Assembly (NCBI GenBank): GCA_965220965.1
Contig: OZ244852.1
Location: forward strand, 2,272,001-2,336,000
From: Candidatus Marinacidobacterium sp.
GTDB taxonomy: Bacteria > Acidobacteriota > Vicinamibacteria > Marinacidobacterales > Marinacidobacteraceae
Length of the DNA: 64,000 nt
Reading direction: 5' to 3'
A model generated the notes under the pieces. That model did no database searches. It was given only the letters and a program-made list of their open reading frames with translations, and was not told where the DNA came from. The number at the start of each line of letters is the position of its first letter. Position 1 is the stretch's first letter. Positions 28,652 to 37,320 of the stretch are shown piece by piece. The position numbers and the translations under genes were made by a program.

Positions 28652-30052
28652 ATGACCCCGCTGCTCCGCACCCCGCTGCTGCTCTCGGCGAGCCTTCTGC
28701 TCGCCGCCGCCTCGACCGCAGCCGTCCAGGAGGAGGCCGCGCCGCTGAGCGCGCCCGCCCCGGAGGGGAGCGGGTCGTACTCGCTGAGCGCCGCGCCGGA
28801 CGGATCGGCGTTCCTGTCGTGGGTCGAACCGGCGGGAGAGGGACACGCGCTGCGTTTTGCGGAACTCGTCCGGGAGGGGACTCCCCTCCCGAATCCGGAC
28901 GGTTCCCCGGCGGCGCCCGCCGGGGAAGGCGCCGCGGCCCCGGAGGGCGAGGAAGCGCCCGAGCCGGAGGTGGCGGATGCGGACCAGTGGGGTCCGGCCC
29001 GCGAGATCGCTTCCGGATCCGGCTGGTTCGTGAACTGGGCCGACCATCCCGCCATTGCCTCGGTCGGCGCGAACCTGCTCGCCGCCCACTGGCTGGAGAG
29101 GAACCCGGCGGGAGACGGCCACTACGGCTACGGCTTCCGCATCGTGTTTTCGGGCGACCGGGGCGCGACCTGGCGCGAGGTGTTCTCCACCGGTCTCGAC
29201 CTGGTCGAGGGGTACGCCGGTTTCGTGTCCTACACAACCGAGACCGGCGGCTTCTCGGCGGCCTATCTGACACCTCCGAGGTGGGGGAAGCGCGAACCGG
29301 GGGACTTTTCGCTGCGGGTGGCGCGATTCCACGAGCAGGGCTACCACCTGGCCGATCAGCGGGTCGACGCCGATGTGTGCAGTTGCTGTCCCACTGGCAT
29401 GGCCACCGTCGGCGGAGAGCCGTTCGTCGTCTACCGGGACCGGGTCCGCAACCCGCCCGAGGACGATGTGCGCGACATCGCGATTTCGCGCAAGCGCCGG
29501 GGCCGCTGGGAACCGGCGAAGCCGGTCCACGCCGATGGCTGGGGCATCAACGCCTGTCCGGTGAACGGCCCGGCAGTCGCCGCCCGCGATGACGGCGGGG
29601 TCGTCGCCGTTTGGTTCACCGCGGCCGGGGACCGTCCGGAGGTCCGCATCGCGTTTTCGCTGAACGGCGGGGAGAGTTTCGAAGCGCCGGCGGTCCTCGA
29701 CAGCGGAGATCCCCAGGGCTACGCAGCGGTGACCCGGCTCGACGACGGAAGCGCCGCGGCGGTGTGGCTCGAGCGCGTCGCCGAGGGACGGGCGGAAGTC
29801 CGGTTGCGGCGCGCCTGGGCGGACGGACGCCTCGGTCCGCCGCTGCGGGTGGCGGAAACCCCATCCGGACGGGCCGCCGGAATGCTCCAGGTCGCGCGGG
29901 TCGCGGATCCGCTCCCGACCCCGGAGGAAGGCGAAGAGCCCCCCGAAGAGGACGCTCCCCCGCCGCTGGCGACCGGCGAACGGCTCGTGGTGGCCTGGGC
30001 GGACGGCGGCGTCAGGACCGCCGTCGTCCCGATCGCCGCGCTCGAACCCTGA
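28652..30052 (+). CDS. Secreted BNR/sialidase-like beta-propeller protein with Cys motifs
   Basis: FVNWAD.P, Asp-boxes S.DRGATW and S.NGGESF, VCSCC and W.INACPVNGP. Confidence 0.7.
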   Translation: MTPLLRTPLLLSASLLLAAASTAAVQEEAAPLSAPAPEGSGSYSLSAAPDGSAFLSWVEPAGEGHALRFAELVREGTPLPNPDGSPAAPAGEGAAAPEGEEAPEPEVADADQWGPAREIASGSGWFVNWADHPAIASVGANLLAAHWLERNPAGDGHYGYGFRIVFSGDRGATWREVFSTGLDLVEGYAGFVSYTTETGGFSAAYLTPPRWGKREPGDFSLRVARFHEQGYHLADQRVDADVCSCCPTGMATVGGEPFVVYRDRVRNPPEDDVRDIAISRKRRGRWEPAKPVHADGWGINACPVNGPAVAARDDGGVVAVWFTAAGDRPEVRIAFSLNGGESFEAPAVLDSGDPQGYAAVTRLDDGSAAAVWLERVAEGRAEVRLRRAWADGRLGPPLRVAETPSGRAAGMLQVARVADPLPTPEEGEEPPEEDAPPPLATGERLVVAWADGGVRTAVVPIAALEP

Positions 30053-30088
30053 TCCCGGGGGCGGCGGAGGCCGACGCCCGCAACCCCG

Positions 30089-32290
30089 CTACGGGTCGAC
30101 TCCGAAGACGAAGCTCATGCCGGCTTCGAGGTGCTCGGCGATGTGGCAGTGGGCCATCCACTCCCCCGGGTTCGTGATCTCCAGAAGGATGTCCACCGTC
30201 TCTCCCGCCGGGATGAGCAGCGTGTCCTTGAAGACCTGATTCGTCACCGGCGAGCCGTTGCGGGCCACGATCAGGAACCGCTGGCCGTGGATGTGGAAGG
30301 GGTGCTGCATGGCGTGCATCGCGGCGGCGTCGTTGCCGATCCGGATGCGGACAAGGTCCCCGACCCGGAAGCGCCAGTCGATCTCTCCGTTCTCGCGCCC
30401 GGTCGCCGGCTCCCGCACGATCCAGCGCGCCTCCTCCGGCGTCGCCACCGAGTTCATCATCGGCATCGTGTCCGCCCATTCGACCGCCGGAAAGAACACC
30501 CGGTCGGCGCGCATCCGCTGCATGATGGCCGGATCCAGCCCCGACACCTCGAGCGTCAGGAGCAGCTCCTTGTCCGGCGGGTCATCGAAGCGCTCCCGGT
30601 AACGGGCCACATCGGCGCGAACCTCCTCGTTCGTCCGCAGCCGGTCCCAATCCGGGGCGACGGAAACATCCGCCGCGTCATCGAGCACCCTGACCGCGCC
30701 CAGGGGCGTGACCCGGGAGAAATAGCTCCCGAAGGTGTGTTCGAGCGCGCGAACCCGGTTCTCCACCTGGTGCTCCCCTGGCTCGTCGTAGCGGACCTCG
30801 ACGATGTAGCGCTCCGCGGGAGCGAGGGCGACGGAATCCACCCACTCCTCGCGCTCGAACATCGACAGGTCGGACCCCACGACCTTCACCCGGTGCGTCC
30901 CCGGCTCGCCGAAGGACAGGTTGAAGGTCCGCGTGTTGGAGACATTCGTCAGGAAGAAGCGGATCACCTCGCCACGCGCCACCTCGAGTTCGTAACGGGG
31001 CTCCCCGTTCACGAGCATCAGATTGCCGAAGCGCCCCATGAGCGCGTGTGTGGCCCGCTCCTCGCCCCACGGGTAGAGCCCGCCGTCGTCGGCCAGCAGC
31101 AGGTCGTCCAGCATGAGGACTTCCTCGCGGTGGACCGGGGGGTACCAGACCGGCGCCGGCGCCTCGACGAGCATGTTCCCGTAGAGGCCGAGATCCTGCT
31201 GGACTTCCTCGCGGTGGTGCGGGTGGTACCAGTAGAGGCCGGCGTCGGGGAAGTGGAGCCGGTACCGGAACCGGCCCCCGGGGGGGACCGGGTCCTGCGT
31301 CAGCCCAGGCACGCCGTCAAAGGCGTTGTCGAGACGGAGGCCGTGCCAGTGGACCGCGGTCGGCCAGCGTGTCCGATTCTCGAAGTTCACGAAAACCGTC
31401 GCGCTCTGGTCCACATGGATCAGCGGGCCGGGGTACTGCCCGTTGAAGCCGTACATCAGGTACTCGCGGCCGTGGATGCGGCGCCGGACCTGCCGGGCGA
31501 TCAGGTCGAGGGTCTGCCCGTCCTGAAGACGGACGACGCGCGACGGGGTCGCTTCGGGAACCTCCTCGCCCGTCGCGAGCCGCGGCAGGAAGGGAAGCGG
31601 GGCCGGACGCAGCCTCCCCAGCCCGGGGATCATCGGCGTCTCGGGGAGCATCGGCGGATGCGGCCACCCGGGCGTGTCCGCAGGGGTCCCGTGGCCCATC
31701 GCCGCATGGTCCATCCCCTCATGCCCGGCGGCGTCGGCCCCGGCTTCGCCGCTGCCGCTGACCGGCACCATGAGGTGGTTGTCGGGCAGGATCCGGGTCG
31801 AGGGCGAAGCGCCGCGCAGGACGAGCCGTCCGGCGCGGGTCTCGACCTCGGGTGAGGCTTCCGCGCTGACCAGGAGGACAAACTTGTCGAAGTCCACGAC
31901 CCCCATGTCGGGGAACGAGCCGTTTCCGACCTCTCCGAGCGCGATGACCGGGTCCATGACGGGTGTGGTGGCCCAGGCCACGTAGGTCCGGTAATCGCCG
32001 AGGCTGGCCGGGTCGGGAAGCCCCCGGATCTCGAGCCCGATCCGGTAGCGCCAGGAGCCGTCCCGCGTGACCGAGGCCCCGAAGGGGCTGGGATCCCAGC
32101 GCAGCCGGGCCTCGCCTTCGGCGGGAGCGAGGTCCGGCGTCGGGTAGAGCGCGATCCGATGCAGCCCGGGGGCGCCGTCCGGGGGAACCTGGGGGGCCTG
32201 AGCCTCAGCCTGAGGCCGGGCCCAGACCAGCGCGGCGGCGAGCACCGTCAGGGCGGCGGCAATCCCGAACGCCGGGAGCTGACGCATCAT
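30089..32290 (-). CDS. Multicopper oxidase with N-terminal extension
   Basis: All four Cu-binding motifs present: HWHG, WYHPH, HPFHIHG and HCHIAEHLEAGM. Confidence 0.93.
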   Translation of the reverse strand: MMRQLPAFGIAAALTVLAAALVWARPQAEAQAPQVPPDGAPGLHRIALYPTPDLAPAEGEARLRWDPSPFGASVTRDGSWRYRIGLEIRGLPDPASLGDYRTYVAWATTPVMDPVIALGEVGNGSFPDMGVVDFDKFVLLVSAEASPEVETRAGRLVLRGASPSTRILPDNHLMVPVSGSGEAGADAAGHEGMDHAAMGHGTPADTPGWPHPPMLPETPMIPGLGRLRPAPLPFLPRLATGEEVPEATPSRVVRLQDGQTLDLIARQVRRRIHGREYLMYGFNGQYPGPLIHVDQSATVFVNFENRTRWPTAVHWHGLRLDNAFDGVPGLTQDPVPPGGRFRYRLHFPDAGLYWYHPHHREEVQQDLGLYGNMLVEAPAPVWYPPVHREEVLMLDDLLLADDGGLYPWGEERATHALMGRFGNLMLVNGEPRYELEVARGEVIRFFLTNVSNTRTFNLSFGEPGTHRVKVVGSDLSMFEREEWVDSVALAPAERYIVEVRYDEPGEHQVENRVRALEHTFGSYFSRVTPLGAVRVLDDAADVSVAPDWDRLRTNEEVRADVARYRERFDDPPDKELLLTLEVSGLDPAIMQRMRADRVFFPAVEWADTMPMMNSVATPEEARWIVREPATGRENGEIDWRFRVGDLVRIRIGNDAAAMHAMQHPFHIHGQRFLIVARNGSPVTNQVFKDTLLIPAGETVDILLEITNPGEWMAHCHIAEHLEAGMSFVFGVDP

Positions 32291-32340
32291 GGCCTCCGGC
32301 GGCTCCGTGCGGTACGTTGCGCCGCCTGCGAGGTCGCGCC

Positions 32341-32607
32341 ATGCTCGAATCGGCCGTCAACAGGAAAGGACAGATCACGCTGCCGAAGGCGGTGCGGGAG
32401 GCGCTTGGCGTGCGGGCGGGTGACCGCGTGCGCTACGTCCTGACTGACGGACAAGCGCGCATCGTGCCCGTACGGCCGATCCACCGACTCTTCGGCGCCC
32501 TCCAGCGCCAGGGCTCTCCGGTCACCCTCGAGGGGATGGACAGGGCCATCGCCGAAGGGGCCGCGGAAGCAGAGCCACCCCGCACGACTCCCTCGAGCGG
32601 CTGCTAA
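32341..32607 (+). CDS. AbrB/MazE/SpoVT-family DNA-binding protein (orphan antitoxin-like)
   Basis: KGQITLPKAVREALGV..GDRV motif. Confidence 0.85.
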   Translation: MLESAVNRKGQITLPKAVREALGVRAGDRVRYVLTDGQARIVPVRPIHRLFGALQRQGSPVTLEGMDRAIAEGAAEAEPPRTTPSSGC

Positions 32608-32653
32608 CCTTCGGCTCCGGCGCATCGTCGCCGGGAATTGTGTGACATCCCCG

Positions 32654-32911
32654 ATGCGTCTGCTCGTCGCCCTGCTGGCGACGGCGCTGCTGGTCACCGC
32701 GCCGGTCGTCGGACTGCTCCACGAGCATCCGGGCGGGTCGGACCTGGACTGCACCGCGTGCCAGTCCTGGGTGAGCCAGGCGCCGGAGACCGGCTCCGGA
32801 GTCGGGCGCGAGACGCCGCGCGGCGCGGCCGCGGGCGCTGTCGGGGAACCTCTCCCGCTCCCGGCGGGCGCCCCGGCGGGTCCGGGGATCCCCCGGGCGC
32901 CTCCCGCCTGA
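32654..32911 (+). CDS. DUF2946/CutF/CruR-like leader peptide (signal peptide, HxH, CxxC, C-terminal RAPP)
   Basis: MRLLVALLATALL..., HEHPGGSDLDCTACQ and a PRAPPA-stop end, directly upstream of a TonB receptor. Confidence 0.8.
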   Translation: MRLLVALLATALLVTAPVVGLLHEHPGGSDLDCTACQSWVSQAPETGSGVGRETPRGAAAGAVGEPLPLPAGAPAGPGIPRAPPA

Positions 32912-33006
32912 ACGGCCGGCGAACCCAGGTTCGGACCGGGTCGGCTGTCCCGCCGGCAGCCTCTGGAAGACCGGGTCTCCCCGTTCGCACTTCGTGCGGG
33001 AGGCGC
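32897..33006 (+). promoter_or_regulatory. Anti-SD/SD pairing (translational attenuator)
   Basis: GCGCCTCCCGC (32897-32907, the APP codons) is the exact reverse complement of GCGGGAGGCGC (32996-33006), which contains the SD of the ATG at 33010. Confidence 0.7.
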
Positions 33007-33009
33007 GCC

Positions 33010-35502
33010 ATGCCAAGGCTCTTTCCCTCTCTCCTCTTCCTGCGGTCCCGCCTTGCGCCAGTGGCCGCCCTTGTCGCGGCGGGGGCGTTCTTCGCAGCGC
33101 CCGCGTCAGCCCACAACACGATCACCGGAACCGTCCTTGTCGAGGAAACCGGTGAGCCAGCCGTCGACGCCGAGGTCATCCTGCTGGAGACCGGCGACGC
33201 CACCCACACGGACGCGGAAGGACGTTTCTCGTTCGGAGAACTCGAGCACGGGATGGCCGTCGCCTCGCTCCATGTCGACTTCGGCTTCCTGACCGGATTC
33301 CACGCCGTCGCGATGGACCCGGACGCGGAGGACATCGAGGTCGTCCTTGACGAGCCCATCCTGGTGAACGAGCACCACCGGGCCCACGAGCAGGTCACGG
33401 TCACCGCCTCGGCGGGCCACGCCTCGCCGCTCGAGTCCTTCGGGCAGGTCCATTCAGTCGAGGGACTCGACCTGGCGAACGAGTCGGCGCGCAACATCGC
33501 GGAGCTCCTGGAAGGGACCCCGGGGGTCGCTATCCGGAGCTTCGGGCCGGGTTCGGCGCGGCCGGTCGTGCGGGGCTTCGACGGAGACCGGGTCCTGCTC
33601 ATGGAGGACGGCGTCCGGACGGGAGACCTGGGCAGCCAGTCCGCCGACCACGGCGTCCCGGTGGACCCGCTCCAGGCGGAGCGCGTCGAAGTGGTTCGCG
33701 GACCCGCGACCCTGCTCTACGGCTCGAACGCCATCGGGGGCGCGGTGAACGTCATCTCGATGGCCTCCCACCTCGCGCACAGCCCGCCGCCGGGCTTCCG
33801 CGGCCAGGCGAACGTCGACTGGTCCAGCGCTGACGAAGGCGTCCGCGGCGGCGTCCGGGCGCAGGCCGGCGGTTCCAACTGGTTCGCCTGGGGAGGCGGC
33901 AACTCGTACCGCTCCGGGGACTACCAGTCCCCGACCGGTCTCGTGGAGAACTCCGGGACGGAGATGAACCAGGGGGAGGTCGGCGTCGGGCTCTTCAATG
34001 ACCTGTTCTACTGGTCGACGAGCGCGCGCATCGACGACTCCCGCTACGGGGTCCCCTTCGCCGGGGAGCTCCACGGGGCGCACGGCGGTGAAGAGGAGGA
34101 AGTCCACGAAGGCGAAGAAGAAGAGCACGAAGGCGAAGAGGAAGGGGAAGAGGAACACGGCGAAGACGAGTTCGGCGTGGACATCGGCATGCAGCGGCGC
34201 CAGTTCCGCTCCGACCTCGGGCTCCGGGGACTGGCGGGGTTCGACTCAGCGGAGCTCACGGTCCGCTACAGCGACTACGCCCACCAGGAAATCGAAGTGC
34301 CCTTCAGTGGCGGGGAAGAAGAAATCGCGACCGAGTTCGACAACCGGTCTCTCGTGTTCCGCGGCGAACTGAAGCGGCAGCGCGGCCGCGTGGACAGCCG
34401 TATCGGCGGCTGGGCCCACCTCCGCGACTACTCGGTCGTGGGGGAGGAGGCCCTCGCGCCCCCGGTCACGCAGAACGCCTTCGCGGCCTTCGCCTACAAC
34501 GAAATCGCCGCCTCCGACCGGCTGAGCCTGCTGCTCGGCGCCCGCGTCGAACAGAACCGGTATGAGGCCGGCGAGAGGCCCGAGCCGGCGGGCCACGGCG
34601 AAGAGGAGCATGGCGCCGAGGAAGAGGAGCACGGCGAAGAGGAAGAGGGTGAGGAAGAGCACGAAGGAGAGGAAGAGGGCGAAGACCACGAAGGGGAAGA
34701 GGAAGAGGAGCACGCCGAGGACGAGTTCGAGGCCCCTGCGGTCCGCGACCGCGACTTCCTCGGAGTCTCGGGCAGCGCCGGGCTGCGTCTGGAGCTGAAC
34801 GGCTCGAACTCGCTCGTCGCAACGACGAGCCTCGCGACCCGCGCCCCGGCGCTCGAAGAGCTCTACAACTTCGGACTCCACGTCGGGAACCTGGCCTTCG
34901 AGATCGGGAATCCGGACCTCGAGACCGAGCGGTCCGTCGGTGTCGATCTGAGCTGGCGCACTTCGGGCTGGATGATCGGCAGCGTGAGCCTGTTCCGCTA
35001 CGACGTCTCGAACTTCATCTTCGGGTCGGCCACCGGCGACCTGGTGGACGACCTGCAGGTTCTGGAGTCGCGTCAGGGAGACGCGGTGTACCAGGGGCTC
35101 GAGGTCGAACTGCACCGTGACTTCGGGCCGTTCGGGCTGGACGCCACCGCCTCATGGGTCGAGGCGGAGCTCGACAACGGACAGCCGCTGCCGCGGATCC
35201 CGCCGCTTTCCGGCGATGTCCGGTTGCGGATCCCCTTCGGCGGCTTCCGCCTCCAGCCGCGGGTTCGCTGGGCGGCGAAGGCCGACCGCGTCTACATCGG
35301 GGAGACGCCGACCGACGGCTACACGCTCTTCGACACCACCCTTTCCTACGTCCGCGTGACCCCGACGATGACGCACAACATCTCGCTGCGCGGCTACAAC
35401 CTGTTCGATACCGAGTACCGCTACCACACGTCGCTCATCAAGGACCTGGCGCCCCAGATGGGCCGGGGCGTCCGGCTGAGCTACTCGCTCCGCTTCTTCT
35501 GA
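33010..35502 (+). CDS. TonB-dependent receptor, ZnuD-like, with His/Glu-rich loops
   Basis: Plug motifs RPVVRG, SADHGV and EVVRGPATLLYGSNAIGGAVN; G.H.G..AFEIGNPDL; C-terminal Phe. Confidence 0.92.
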   Translation: MPRLFPSLLFLRSRLAPVAALVAAGAFFAAPASAHNTITGTVLVEETGEPAVDAEVILLETGDATHTDAEGRFSFGELEHGMAVASLHVDFGFLTGFHAVAMDPDAEDIEVVLDEPILVNEHHRAHEQVTVTASAGHASPLESFGQVHSVEGLDLANESARNIAELLEGTPGVAIRSFGPGSARPVVRGFDGDRVLLMEDGVRTGDLGSQSADHGVPVDPLQAERVEVVRGPATLLYGSNAIGGAVNVISMASHLAHSPPPGFRGQANVDWSSADEGVRGGVRAQAGGSNWFAWGGGNSYRSGDYQSPTGLVENSGTEMNQGEVGVGLFNDLFYWSTSARIDDSRYGVPFAGELHGAHGGEEEEVHEGEEEEHEGEEEGEEEHGEDEFGVDIGMQRRQFRSDLGLRGLAGFDSAELTVRYSDYAHQEIEVPFSGGEEEIATEFDNRSLVFRGELKRQRGRVDSRIGGWAHLRDYSVVGEEALAPPVTQNAFAAFAYNEIAASDRLSLLLGARVEQNRYEAGERPEPAGHGEEEHGAEEEEHGEEEEGEEEHEGEEEGEDHEGEEEEEHAEDEFEAPAVRDRDFLGVSGSAGLRLELNGSNSLVATTSLATRAPALEELYNFGLHVGNLAFEIGNPDLETERSVGVDLSWRTSGWMIGSVSLFRYDVSNFIFGSATGDLVDDLQVLESRQGDAVYQGLEVELHRDFGPFGLDATASWVEAELDNGQPLPRIPPLSGDVRLRIPFGGFRLQPRVRWAAKADRVYIGETPTDGYTLFDTTLSYVRVTPTMTHNISLRGYNLFDTEYRYHTSLIKDLAPQMGRGVRLSYSLRFF
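34072..34725 (+). repeat. Two low-complexity H(E/G)GEEEE coding repeat tracts (34072-34170 and 34594-34725)
   Basis: GAA/GAG/CAC-rich tracts encoding 5 and 6 His among Glu runs; both end in H(G/A)EDEF. Confidence 0.9.
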
Positions 35503-35607
35503 CGGAGCGTCGGGCGCCGCCTCCAGGCGGCGCCCGCCCCCGCGTGGCGGCCCCCCGGTAGAGTCAGCCGGGAGCGGCGGGCCTCGTCCGCCGCCGGGAG
35601 GAACAGG

Positions 35608-37287
35608 ATGAGCCGGCTCACGTCTTCGATTCGCGCTGCGGCGCGTAACCGGCCGCTCAGCGTCGCGGGGCTTGTTGGCGCGCTGCTGGTGACGGCGTGC
35701 GGCGCCCCGTCGCAGCCACCGGGCGGAGGCGCGGTGGACCTGGTCATCCGCGACGCCCGCGTGGTGGACGGCTCGGGGAGCCCCTGGTTCCGGGCGGACC
35801 TGGCGATCTCGGAGGACACCATCGTCTTCGTCGGCGCGGAGGCGCCGCCCGGGGCCATGGTCGTGGACGCGGACGGTCTGGTCGCCGCCCCGGGGTTCAT
35901 CGACATGCACGCCCACTCGGAGTACGGGCTGATCGTGGATCCCCGGGCCCTCAGCAAGGTGGCGCAGGGCGTCACGATCGAGGTGCTCGGCGAGCATCTC
36001 TCGGCGGGTCCGGTGCTCGGACCGGCGGTGGACGACCCGATGATGGTGGCCCCGCCGATCCAGCGGGACTGGACGACCCTCGGCGGCTACTTCGACCGGC
36101 TCGAGGAAGCGGGCGTGGGCCTGAACGTCCTCTCCTATGTGGGCTCCGGCCAGGTCCGCGCCTCGGTGATGGGCTACGAGGAGCGCGAAGCCACCGAGGC
36201 CGAGCTCGAGGCGATGGAGGCGATGGTCGCCCAGGCGATGGAGGAGGGAGCCTTCGCGGTGGCGAGCGGTCTCGCCTACATCCCGAACGCCTTCGCCAGC
36301 ACCGAGGAGCTCACCCGGCTGGCGCGGGTCGCCGCTTCCTACGGCGGCTTCTACGTGAGCCATCTCCGCGGCGGGATCGAGGGCCTCCTCGAGGGGATCG
36401 AAATCTCGCGCGCCTCCGGCGCTCCCCTCGAAATCCACCACCTGAACTCCACGTCGAGCGCGCGGATCGCCGAGTACGCCGAGGTGATCCGCGAGGCCCG
36501 CGCGTCAGGCGTGGACGTCACCGGCAACGTCTACCCCTACATCGCCGGCTGGACTTACCTTCGCTCGCTGCTCCCCCGGTGGGCCCAGGAGGGCGGGGTC
36601 CCCCGGATGCTCGAGCGGCTGACCGACCCGGCGGACCGCGAACGCCTCCTCGAGGAACTCGCCGCCGGCGAGGCCGAGCGGCCCCGCTGGGGACGCACCT
36701 TCGTGAGCTCGTTCCGCGACGAAGTGGACGGGCTCTCGATCACCGACCTCGGCGTCGCGCGCGGAGCTTCGCCCGAAGAGGCGCTCCTCGATCTGCTCAT
36801 CGAGCAGGAAGGCGAGGGGTTCCAGATCTCGTTCGGGAACACCGAGCCGAATCTGCGGCAGGCGCTGTCCCTGCCGTTCACCCACATCGGCTCCGACGGC
36901 AGCGCGCTCGCCGCCGGAATGCGAACGCCGATGGGAAAGCCCCACCCGCGCTCCTTCGGGACCCATCCCCGGGTCCTCGCGCGCTATGTCCGCGAGGAGG
37001 GGCTGCTGTCGCTCGAGGAGGCGATCCGCAAGATGACCTCGGCGCCGGCGAACCGGCTGGGGCTGACCGACCGGGGCCTGCTCCGGCCGGGAATGCGCGC
37101 CGACATCGTCCTCTTCGACCCGGAGCGGGTGCGGGACGAGGCCACCTTCGAGGAACCCGAGCAGTACCCCACCGGGATCGAATGGGTCTTCGTCAACGGA
37201 GTGGCGGTGATCGAAGCGGGCGAACCCACCGGGGCGCTTCCGGGCAGAGTCCTCCGGGGACCCGGCGCCCGGAGGCCCACGCCCTGA
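35608..37287 (+). CDS. N-acyl-D-amino-acid deacylase family lipoprotein
   Basis: PGFIDMHAHS, QGVT, GSDG, HPRSFGT and RKMTS.PA.RLGL.DRG; lipobox VTAC. Confidence 0.9.
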   Translation: MSRLTSSIRAAARNRPLSVAGLVGALLVTACGAPSQPPGGGAVDLVIRDARVVDGSGSPWFRADLAISEDTIVFVGAEAPPGAMVVDADGLVAAPGFIDMHAHSEYGLIVDPRALSKVAQGVTIEVLGEHLSAGPVLGPAVDDPMMVAPPIQRDWTTLGGYFDRLEEAGVGLNVLSYVGSGQVRASVMGYEEREATEAELEAMEAMVAQAMEEGAFAVASGLAYIPNAFASTEELTRLARVAASYGGFYVSHLRGGIEGLLEGIEISRASGAPLEIHHLNSTSSARIAEYAEVIREARASGVDVTGNVYPYIAGWTYLRSLLPRWAQEGGVPRMLERLTDPADRERLLEELAAGEAERPRWGRTFVSSFRDEVDGLSITDLGVARGASPEEALLDLLIEQEGEGFQISFGNTEPNLRQALSLPFTHIGSDGSALAAGMRTPMGKPHPRSFGTHPRVLARYVREEGLLSLEEAIRKMTSAPANRLGLTDRGLLRPGMRADIVLFDPERVRDEATFEEPEQYPTGIEWVFVNGVAVIEAGEPTGALPGRVLRGPGARRPTP

Positions 37288-37320
37288 GCCGGTAGCTGAA
37301 GCGGGCGAGGACGAGACACC

